From positions 128,001 to 192,000 of the forward strand of contig JBMOLF010000010.1 of the NCBI GenBank assembly GCA_049325595.1: a DNA stretch of 64,000 bases, read 5' to 3'. Below the pieces are notes generated by a model. That model saw only the letters and a list, made by a program, of their open reading frames with translations, did no database searches and had not been told where the DNA came from. A program made the position numbers and the translations under genes. This document shows positions 20,941-28,468 of this stretch, one piece after another; positions within the stretch are counted from its first letter, which is position 1; each line of letters starts with the position of its first letter. The stretch is from Candidatus Babelota bacterium. GTDB lineage: Bacteria; Babelota; Babeliae; Babelales; Vermiphilaceae.

Positions 20941-21678
20941 TTATACTTTAATATTTCTTAAGGCTCGTTTGCAAATTTTGGAGGTATTTTCAGTATGAGA
21001 ACTTAAAATCCATTGTGTGCATAATGATTTTACCCATTCAGGATGGTCTTTTCCTGCATCATTTAGCCAATTGCCGACTGATAATTGAACATATCGACTG
21101 GGATCATCTTTTAATTTTTCTAAAAGTGACAATGCTTGCCAGGGTTCTTTTTTCAATTCTTTAATATGGCTACACCAAACACCACGTGGCCGTGTGATTT
21201 CACAAGCAAATCTTCTAATGTTCTCTTTAGAGTTGTGTGCCCAGGGCAATAAATTTTTGATGCCTTGATGCGGATTTTTAATTATTTCTTCTCTTAAGCA
21301 AAGCCATGCCCATTCACGAACACCAAAATGACTATCATTGGCAAGATCATAAATTAAAGTAAGTTTTTCATTAAATGGCTGTGAGGTTTGTGCGATTAAA
21401 AAGCAAGCTATACCCCGGACTGTATCTGAATTATGAGTTTTAAGAAAATCAAACAAAGTAAATTGATTTTTTTGATATATCAATTGAGCGGTAAGAAGCA
21501 TTTTTTTAGTGATACCAAGGGAATTATTGATAGTAAATTCTTTAAATTCTGGCAAAACAGAAGGAATAAGAATATTAAAATCAATGGACAAAGCTTCCAT
21601 CAAATTTTTAGTTTCTAGCTTTCCGGTATTAAGCAAAAATTTTTTTTCTTGGTTAGACACGATGTTTTGCCTTAGCAT
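20941..21678 (-). CDS. HEAT-repeat DNA alkylation repair protein (AlkC/AlkD-like)
   Basis: DSHFGVREWAW, RRFACEITRPRGVW, DPSRYVQLSVGNWLND. Confidence 0.85.
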   Translation of the reverse strand: MLRQNIVSNQEKKFLLNTGKLETKNLMEALSIDFNILIPSVLPEFKEFTINNSLGITKKMLLTAQLIYQKNQFTLFDFLKTHNSDTVRGIACFLIAQTSQPFNEKLTLIYDLANDSHFGVREWAWLCLREEIIKNPHQGIKNLLPWAHNSKENIRRFACEITRPRGVWCSHIKELKKEPWQALSLLEKLKDDPSRYVQLSVGNWLNDAGKDHPEWVKSLCTQWILSSHTENTSKICKRALRNIKV

Positions 21679-21854
21679 GGCCTGCCAGTCGTAGCCGATT
21701 TATACATATTAGCCCGTGCTATGCTTATCCAGGCCTATTGGCTTGGCACGTGTGCGGCATAGCCTTTGGCGACGACGTAAGCTATGCAGGGCATGCTTCA
21801 TTGTTAAAATGATTTTATGGCTGTGCCATGTGTAGTTCGTAGAACGAAACATGG
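21670..21854 (-). repeat. tRNA 3'-trailer composite palindromic element, copy 1 (after tRNA-Ser TGA)
   Basis: GC-rich hairpin modules; 21670-21696 matches 25593-25619 at 25/27; 21819-21846 matches 25480-25507 at 23/28. Confidence 0.8.
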
Positions 21855-21943
21855 AGGAGAGGGAGGGATTCGAACCCTCGATTCCCATCTCTGGGAATAA
21901 CGGTTTTCAAGACCGCCGCATTCAACCGCTCTGCCACCTCTCC
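21852..21943 (-). tRNA. tRNA-Ser(TGA)
   Basis: GGAGAGG acceptor stem, GCGGT-CTTGAAA-ACCGT anticodon arm, long variable arm, GTTCGAATCC, CCA. Confidence 0.95.
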
Positions 21944-22001
21944 AATTGAGATGCCTTATTATAATATAAGTAAATTCATAGTTTTTCAAATTTTTTTCAC
22001 T

Positions 22002-22577
22002 TTAATAGACTATTTTATCTTTTTTATCCTGCCATAAGGTGAAAAGTTCTTTGGCTTTAGGTTGGCATGTTGTTACGTGAGTAGTTTTAATAAGACGTTG
22101 TTCTTCAGGGGTTTGTAACTCTTGATAAATTAATGAATCATCAAAACCAACCTGAGCAGCATCAAGTTTGGTAGCCGCATAATAAATATGTCGTGGACGA
22201 GCCCAATAAATAGCGCCAAAGCACATAGGGCATGGCTCACAACTAGTATATAATTCACAATCTAAAAGCTGAAAAGTTCCCAATTTTTGACAAGCAAGCC
22301 TAATTGCCATTACTTCTGCATGAGCAGTAGGATCGTTAAGGCTGGTAACTTGATTAGTTCCAACCGCAATAATTTTACCATTATTAACAATGACTGCGCC
22401 AAAAGGACCACCTTTACCTTCGAGCATGCTGTTCTTTGCTGCATCAATAGCAATATTAAGAAAATAAGAAGATTGATCAAAAGGTAGCACTATTTTTTTG
22501 GGTGTTTTTTTTCTTTTAAAAAAATAATAACCAATGAATAAGCTTACTATAACTACCAAATAAATAAGACCAATCAT
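22002..22577 (-). CDS. Zn-dependent nucleoside/guanine deaminase (GuaD/TadA-like) with N-terminal TM
   Basis: GGPFGA, DPTAHAE, EPCPMC, GFDD. Confidence 0.9.
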   Translation of the reverse strand: MIGLIYLVVIVSLFIGYYFFKRKKTPKKIVLPFDQSSYFLNIAIDAAKNSMLEGKGGPFGAVIVNNGKIIAVGTNQVTSLNDPTAHAEVMAIRLACQKLGTFQLLDCELYTSCEPCPMCFGAIYWARPRHIYYAATKLDAAQVGFDDSLIYQELQTPEEQRLIKTTHVTTCQPKAKELFTLWQDKKDKIVY

Positions 22578-22586
22578 TAATTTTCC

Positions 22587-24422
22587 TTACATATTTTGAT
22601 ATGAATCGAATGAAAAATTATTAATCAAATCACAAGCATAGCATGATCCATTACTATTGCTAATGGTATTGCACATTGAGCAAAGTAAATGTCCGCAGTG
22701 TGTATAGAGTGTATTTGGTATTTCTTTTAATTGATAAGCACAACTAGGACATTTACCATGATTAGATTTCCAAATGCAATGAGCAATATATTCGATTAAT
22801 TCTTTATTTTGTGGATCAATAAGATCCAAGGGTGTTTTACCACTATCAGAGCACCATGTCATATCACTGAAAGTAAAGTTTTTAGTTGATAATAGCCATT
22901 GAACCATTTTTGTATTATTTTCGCGGGCTGCTAGATGTAAACCATTTTCGTTATACTGAGTTAGTTTTTTAATCATGCCTCCTGATTTATATAGAAATTC
23001 ACTAATTGCTATGTTGCCACATGCAATAGCCCACAGCAATGGTGTTAATCCATTAACATATTCATTCTCAAGAAGATCCATATTTTCTTGTAGCAATTGT
23101 TCAAGAAATGTTTGATTGTCAAAATAAATTGATCGATGCACTAAGAAGCTTTTATCTATCTTTAGATTGTTATTATTGCAAAGATATTCTGCAATATCAT
23201 TTTTTTGGTTTTTTAAGGCAATATTTAAAATATTATCATGTTCATCTTGGGCTGACAAAACAACAAAACGATGCTTCTCTATTAAGTTCTTTACAACTTC
23301 CCGGCTGCTTTTTTCGCATGCAAATTTAAGATATTCATGCATTTGAATTTCATCTATTTTAAATTTTTCAAGCAAAGCATTAATAGTTTCACATGATTGA
23401 GCTAAAATCGCTTCGTGTAAAGGGGTATGGCCGTTTTTCGCTTGATAGTTATCAAGAGTTATTTTCTTTTTCTCTTTTAAAAATTCTTTTATAAATTCAG
23501 CCTTGCCATTTAAGGCAGCATAGTGAAGTGCGCTTTTATCTTCTTTATCAGTCTCATTGGATCTGTGTTTTATATGACGAAGAATTTTATAAATATCAAA
23601 ATGTCCTTCACGAGCAGCATAGAGTGCTGGTAGTACAGCAAATATATTTCGTTCTGTTTTTAATTGTGGGCGTACTTCTAAAATTTTTGTTACCATCGCC
23701 ATATTACCTGCTTGAGCAGCAAAATGTAGCACATTTTCTTTGTCTCTACTGGTACTTGTTATTTTTATTCTGTCCATCAGATAACTAAATACATCAATAG
23801 AAACTGTTGGTTTTGCCATAGCAGAATGCAATAATGCATTATTGCCGTGGTCATCCGTTTCTAAAGGATCGTAATGAAACTCTTCAATCATGACTGTAAC
23901 CATTTTAAGACAGCCAGCCTTGCATGCCCAATGTAAAGGGGTTTCACCACGATAATTACACAAAAGATGTTTTCCTTTGAAACTATGTAATATTTTAAAA
24001 GCCTCTATTGAATTATTCTTAGCTGCATAATGATGAGGATAATTACCATGGTCATTTGCTTCAAGAGGGTTCATTTCATATTTGTGTATAAGTTCTTCTA
24101 GTATTGATGACTGATTACCTAATGCGGCTAAGTGAAGCAGAGTTGTTTTTTTTGGGGTTGGGAAATTATATGAGATAGTTAAATCAAACAATTCTTTATG
24201 TCCATAAACAGTCGCATGTTGTAGAGCTTCATTCATCTTTTTAGTAAAATCTGGATCACTTGGAAATTGACTTTTTATAGTGCTTAAGATTAGATCAGCT
24301 GGCTTTTTTAAAAATACCATCTCTTTTATATCACAAGCAGTGCTTTGATTTGTTATTGGTGCGTCGTTGGTGTGGCTTAATAAATGAAATAGAAAAATAA
24401 GTACTACAAAATAAATAGTCAT
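22587..24422 (-). CDS. Secreted ankyrin-repeat protein with C-terminal C3HC4 RING finger
   Basis: Many TPLHxA-type repeats; C-terminal CPSC...CGH..CSMC...CYAC; signal peptide. Confidence 0.9.
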   Translation of the reverse strand: MTIYFVVLIFLFHLLSHTNDAPITNQSTACDIKEMVFLKKPADLILSTIKSQFPSDPDFTKKMNEALQHATVYGHKELFDLTISYNFPTPKKTTLLHLAALGNQSSILEELIHKYEMNPLEANDHGNYPHHYAAKNNSIEAFKILHSFKGKHLLCNYRGETPLHWACKAGCLKMVTVMIEEFHYDPLETDDHGNNALLHSAMAKPTVSIDVFSYLMDRIKITSTSRDKENVLHFAAQAGNMAMVTKILEVRPQLKTERNIFAVLPALYAAREGHFDIYKILRHIKHRSNETDKEDKSALHYAALNGKAEFIKEFLKEKKKITLDNYQAKNGHTPLHEAILAQSCETINALLEKFKIDEIQMHEYLKFACEKSSREVVKNLIEKHRFVVLSAQDEHDNILNIALKNQKNDIAEYLCNNNNLKIDKSFLVHRSIYFDNQTFLEQLLQENMDLLENEYVNGLTPLLWAIACGNIAISEFLYKSGGMIKKLTQYNENGLHLAARENNTKMVQWLLSTKNFTFSDMTWCSDSGKTPLDLIDPQNKELIEYIAHCIWKSNHGKCPSCAYQLKEIPNTLYTHCGHLLCSMCNTISNSNGSCYACDLINNFSFDSYQNM

Positions 24423-24477
24423 AGAGCTCCCCCTTACAAAGAAGCTTAGACTATAAGGGGGAAAGATTTAAATTATT

Positions 24478-25053
24478 TTATTGCGCATCAGATTCTTGAG
24501 CTAAACGGAAATAGTGTTCAGCGCGCTCTAAATTGTTTTCAGCTTTATAAAGAGCACTTAAATTGATAAATGCTTCATACAACCGATGTTCGTCGGCAGC
24601 GCGATGAAAATATTTTTTTGCCAATTCAAAGTTTTTTTCTTGCTCATATACACAAGCCAACACAAATTGTGCTTGCGGAAAATTGTTAGTATCAGCAGCG
24701 CAATGTAAATAATGTTTTGTTTTTGTAGCATCAGATTGGGAGTCATAAAACAATCCAAGATTTAATTGGGCATGAGCAAGATTATGCTTGTCAGCTGCTA
24801 TGTGTAAATAGTGAAGAGCTTTTTCTGTATTATTTTCGTGGGCATATAAAAAGCCAAGATTATTGTGAGCGCCTGGATGATCATGTTCATCGGCAGCTTG
24901 ATGATAATATTTTTTTGCTAATTCGTTATTGTTTTCATCTTCGTATAATAATGCCAAATTAAATTGAGATTGTGCATCATTAAGTTGATCGGCGCCAAAA
25001 TGAAGAGCTTTTTTATCTTTAGGTTGATGATCTGAGCAATGATTAGTACACAC
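24478..25053 (-). CDS. Sel1-like repeat protein
   Basis: Repeats of AQxNLGxxY...AxxYxHxAAD; AAGGA SD before GTG. Confidence 0.85.
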   Translation of the reverse strand: MCTNHCSDHQPKDKKALHFGADQLNDAQSQFNLALLYEDENNNELAKKYYHQAADEHDHPGAHNNLGFLYAHENNTEKALHYLHIAADKHNLAHAQLNLGLFYDSQSDATKTKHYLHCAADTNNFPQAQFVLACVYEQEKNFELAKKYFHRAADEHRLYEAFINLSALYKAENNLERAEHYFRLAQESDAQ

Positions 25054-25189
25054 GAAAAATCCTTAAGTGAGTTGATGAGTGAAAAATTAATTAATAATTT
25101 ACAAGATTTTTGTATCTATCTAAAGTAGGTAATTTTGATTGTAGAGAAATTTTTGCAATTTTTTATTCAAGATAAATAACGTACTAGTA

Positions 25190-25361
25190 AAAGAACATGG
25201 CTTGTCAGCTGTAGCGGGCAATGTTTATAGTGTTTAGTCCAGCCTGCGTGTCTCACTTTGTTCGCTTACTTCGGCGGACAGCTTTCGCCACTTTTTTTAT
25301 AATAATTTATTATTCATTTGAAAGAATATGGCTTGCCAGCTGTAGCTTTAGCGAAAGCTGG
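25190..25361 (-). repeat. tRNA 3'-trailer composite palindromic element, copy 2 (after tRNA-Arg)
   Basis: CCAGCTTTCGCTAAAGCTACAGCTGG hairpin beginning at the CCA; 25190-25215 matches 25321-25346 at 24/26. Confidence 0.8.
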
Positions 25362-25435
25362 TGCGCCTAAAAGGAGTCGAACCTTTAACCTTCAGATCCG
25401 TAGTCTGACGCTCTATCCAGTTGAGCTATAGGCGC
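25359..25435 (-). tRNA. tRNA-Arg(ACG)
   Basis: GCGCCTA acceptor, TCAGA-CTACGGA-TCTGA anticodon arm, GGTTCGACTCC, CCA. Confidence 0.95.
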
Positions 25436-25479
25436 ATATATTTCAATAATATATACAACTTTAAGTTGTATCACAATTT

Positions 25480-25637
25480 GGTTGTGCCATGCAAAGTTCA
25501 TAGAACGGTCCGTCTACGCTTATCCGGGTCATCAGACTCGGCAAGCTTCATCGGACAGCCTTCGCAATTATATATCAAAGATATTTTTAATACCTTAACA
25601 TGGCCTGCCAGTCGGAGCCTTTATTGGCGAAGACTGG
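25480..25637 (-). repeat. tRNA 3'-trailer composite palindromic element, copy 3 (after tRNA-Ser GCT)
   Basis: CCAGTCTTCGCC...GGCTCCGACTGG hairpin from the CCA; second GTCCG...CGGAC hairpin; modules shared with copies 1 and 2. Confidence 0.8.
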
Positions 25638-25725
25638 TGGAGAGAGGGGGATTCGAACCCCCGCGCCCCATTTCTGGAGCTCTTGCTTAGCAGGCAAGCG
25701 CTTTAAGCCACTCAGCCACCTCTCC
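25635..25725 (-). tRNA. tRNA-Ser(GCT)
   Basis: CTTGC-CTGCTAA-GCAAG anticodon arm, long variable arm, GTTCGAATCC, CCA. Confidence 0.95.
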
Positions 25726-25918
25726 GATACAAGACATCAAAGAGAATAAAGCATTTGCCATTTTATGCAAGTAGTTTGACATTTTTTCTATAAGTTTATC
25801 CCTTTTTTTTGTTTTGTATATATCAATTTTTTTATTTTTATAGGTATCTTATAGCATTTAATGGAGCTGGCCTGTTATAATTAAATGCGTATTTATTCAA
25901 CAAAAAAGGATAATCTAT

Positions 25919-26215
25919 ATGCCATTGCTTATTGAAGTTAAAGCAGTACCTCAATCAGGAAGACATGAGTGGTCTTTAGACAAAGCTGGACGTATTAAAG
26001 TGCATTTAAAAAATCCTGCTGAAGACCATAAGGCTAATAGTGAAATTATTAAATCTTTGGCAGAAATAGTTGGTATTCCTCAAAGTAAAGTGGAAATAGT
26101 CGCAGGATTGGCAAGTCGTAATAAAAAAATAAAAATTGGCGCAGAGATTACCTTAGAGCAGTTGTTGCAAAAATTAGGCATCGAGCAACAACAAAATATT
26201 TTTAAAAAAGGCTAA
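25919..26215 (+). CDS. DUF167/YggU family protein
   Basis: VKAVP, KANSEII, IVAGLASRNK. Confidence 0.85.
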   Translation: MPLLIEVKAVPQSGRHEWSLDKAGRIKVHLKNPAEDHKANSEIIKSLAEIVGIPQSKVEIVAGLASRNKKIKIGAEITLEQLLQKLGIEQQQNIFKKG

Positions 26216-26218
26216 TAT

Positions 26219-27400
26219 ATGCCCTTTTATAAATGGCATGGGGTTGATTTATTAGCAACTTCTTGTTCGGGTAAATTGTATGCGTCATCAATTGAGGAAT
26301 TAAACAATAAACTACGACAAAAAAATATAGCATTATTACGCGCTCGTCCGATAAAAATAATATATTACCGAAAACCACGATTGGCTGATAAAATGGCAGT
26401 GGCAACTCATTTGTCTTATCTTATTAAGGCAGGCATATCAATACCACAGGCACTTGAGTTGGTTGGGAATCAGTTTGCTAACAAAGCATTAGCATGTATG
26501 CTTTATGAAGCTTCTCAAAAAGTGACACAAGGACAGTCTTTAAGTAATGCGATGTGTTCGTATACTATTTTTGATCCGTTGCTTGTACGTTTAGTTGAAA
26601 TAAGCAACCATACTGGCAATGTAGAACGAGCATTTGATCAAGCAATAAATTATTTGTCTGAGCGACAAGTTCTTTATAGAACGTTGTGGTCTGCCGCTTC
26701 TATGCCCCTTATTACTTTTTTTTTATTTATGGGGATTTCAATTTTTGCCTTGCTGGTGCTGATTCCCCAGTTTGCCCATTTATACCAATCAATGAATATT
26801 CAATTGCCTGAATCTACTCAAAAGTTGTTGATGATAAATCAGTTGGCAAACGATAAAGATCTTTATGTACTTGGTGGTATGGCTATAGCTTGTTGTGCCA
26901 GTATTTGCCTATGCATGAAAAGGTTTTTTAAAAAAATAGTTATGGCGATATTTTGGCATTTTCCTGTTTGCTCTCGAGTAATGCGTTCGTATGTATATGC
27001 ATTGTTTTTTGATTCGGTAGGTTACCAATTACAATCTGGTATTCCACTTGCTGATGCGCTTAAATCCAGCATAGTAATAGTTAATGATCTTCCGGTGATT
27101 ACTTTATTTAGAGGGATTATTCAAGAAGTAGAATCAGGCATGTCTCTTGGAAATTCGATGGCTCGTGCAAACTTATGGCAGCAGGATACTATAGCGATGA
27201 TTAATATAGGTTATGAATCAGGTACACTTGCCACTATGATAACTGCTATAGGAATGCGTTATCGCCAATATTTTCAAAAGCAACTAGAAAAAATAACTTT
27301 CTTTTTCCAGCCATTTTTACTCTTAGTATTAGGCCTTATGATTGGTTATTTTGTCTATGCTCTTTATATGCCTATCTTTTCCGTTGGCAATAGCTTTTGA
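26219..27400 (+). CDS. Type II secretion F / type IV pilus platform protein (PilC-like)
   Basis: Two GspF-like repeats (LIKAGISI, LQSGIPL), GYESGTL, ALYMPIF C-terminus. Confidence 0.85.
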   Translation: MPFYKWHGVDLLATSCSGKLYASSIEELNNKLRQKNIALLRARPIKIIYYRKPRLADKMAVATHLSYLIKAGISIPQALELVGNQFANKALACMLYEASQKVTQGQSLSNAMCSYTIFDPLLVRLVEISNHTGNVERAFDQAINYLSERQVLYRTLWSAASMPLITFFLFMGISIFALLVLIPQFAHLYQSMNIQLPESTQKLLMINQLANDKDLYVLGGMAIACCASICLCMKRFFKKIVMAIFWHFPVCSRVMRSYVYALFFDSVGYQLQSGIPLADALKSSIVIVNDLPVITLFRGIIQEVESGMSLGNSMARANLWQQDTIAMINIGYESGTLATMITAIGMRYRQYFQKQLEKITFFFQPFLLLVLGLMIGYFVYALYMPIFSVGNSF

Positions 27401-27427
27401 AAAACAATCTTTTTTTCCTTTTAGAAA

Positions 27428-27456
27428 TTGACGGACCTAAGAAATTGATTTATTAT
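27428..27456 (+). promoter_or_regulatory. Sigma70-like promoter for tRNA-Leu
   Basis: TTGACG-17 nt-TATTAT upstream of the tRNA. Confidence 0.65.
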
Positions 27457-27483
27457 TTAACTACCATTTCAATAAAAAAGCAT

Positions 27484-27571
27484 GCCGGAATGGCGGAATT
27501 GGTAGACGCACGGGACTCAAAATCCCGCGGTGTTTGACACTGTGTCGGTTCGAGTCCGACTTCCGGCACCA
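27484..27571 (+). tRNA. tRNA-Leu(CAA)
   Basis: GCCGGAA acceptor, CGGGA-CTCAAAA-TCCCG anticodon arm, variable arm, GTTCGAGTCC, CCA. Confidence 0.95.
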
Positions 27572-27586
27572 ATTAATGGCGTAGCA

Positions 27587-27922
27587 ATGAAAAATTCATG
27601 CATATTTTGCAAAATTATTCAAAAGTCTCTTCCTTCTCAAATTGTTGCTGAAACAGATGATATTCTAGTTATTAAAGATATCGCTCCCAAGGCTCCTATA
27701 CATTATTTACTGTTACCAAAAAAACATCTTAAAGATTTACGTGAGTTAACTCCTGATGATTCTAAGCTAGCAGGTAATCTTTTATTAATGGCTGCGCTGT
27801 TAGCAGAAAAAGAAAATACCGGTTTTCGCTTAGTAGTAAATAATGGTGAAGATGCGGGGCAAATAGTATTTCATGCCCATGTGCATTTTTTAGCGGGCAA
27901 AAAGATGAAGCATGATTTATAA
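27587..27922 (+). CDS. HIT (histidine triad) family nucleotide-binding protein
   Basis: CIFCKI, GQIVFHAHVHFL; ATG 27587 (the longer ORF overlaps the tRNA). Confidence 0.92.
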   Translation: MKNSCIFCKIIQKSLPSQIVAETDDILVIKDIAPKAPIHYLLLPKKHLKDLRELTPDDSKLAGNLLLMAALLAEKENTGFRLVVNNGEDAGQIVFHAHVHFLAGKKMKHDL

Positions 27923-27932
27923 TCTTTTGTAT

Positions 27933-28019
27933 GTCGAGATGGCCAAACTGGCAGACGCACCAGCTTCAAGTGCTGGCGGTGGCAACAACATGCCGGTTCA
28001 AATCGGGCTCTCGACACCA
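27933..28019 (+). tRNA. Atypical or degenerate tRNA-Leu(CAA), possibly a pseudogene
   Basis: GTCGAGA/TCTCGAC acceptor, CCAGC-TTCAAGT-GCTGG arm, encoded CCA; G-G mismatch in the T stem. Confidence 0.75.
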
Positions 28020-28023
28020 TAAA

Positions 28024-28359
28024 TCAACTGATTTTAAGACCATTAGCAACAGGACGTTCTGGCTGTAATAAAACACACCTGCCTTCATTATCAACTATTC
28101 CTGTAACTAAACAGTCTGAGGAAAAGTCAGCAATTTTTTTAGGTGGAAAATTGATTACACCAATAATTTGTTTCCCAATAAGATTTTCGGGTGTATAAAA
28201 TGCAGTAATTTGAGCACTTGATTTTTTTATACCAAACTCCCCAAAATCTATCCATAACTTGTAGGCAGGTTTCTTGGCCTTAGGAAACTCTTCTACTCTG
28301 ATAATGGTGCCGGTCCGTAATTCGATTGCATCAAATTGTTCCCAGTTTATTAAATTCAT
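28024..28359 (-). CDS. csaA: tRNA-binding/secretion chaperone CsaA (Trbp111-like)
   Basis: FPKAKKPAYKLWIDFG, SSAQIT, NFPPK. Confidence 0.9.
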   Translation of the reverse strand: MNLINWEQFDAIELRTGTIIRVEEFPKAKKPAYKLWIDFGEFGIKKSSAQITAFYTPENLIGKQIIGVINFPPKKIADFSSDCLVTGIVDNEGRCVLLQPERPVANGLKIS

Positions 28360-28468
28360 GTTAATTTACCTTTGCTGGTTATGACATAACTAATAGCAAG
28401 ATTGGCTGACATTATATATGAATTTACTTATCTTGTTAAAAAAATTAGAGATTAAAAATAGGTGAGCT

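Noticed and set aside
21804..21989. Small ORFs overlapping tRNA genes (also 25421..25690 and the N-termini of 27530 and 52485)
   Set aside because: They are read-throughs of tRNA sequence
21670..25637. Repeats considered as a CRISPR array
   Set aside because: Not regularly spaced, not identical, tied to tRNA ends, and no cas genes in the window
27484..28019. HIT gene between two tRNA-Leu genes as an integrated element with att duplication
   Set aside because: The two tRNAs do not share an identical 3' end and there is no integrase
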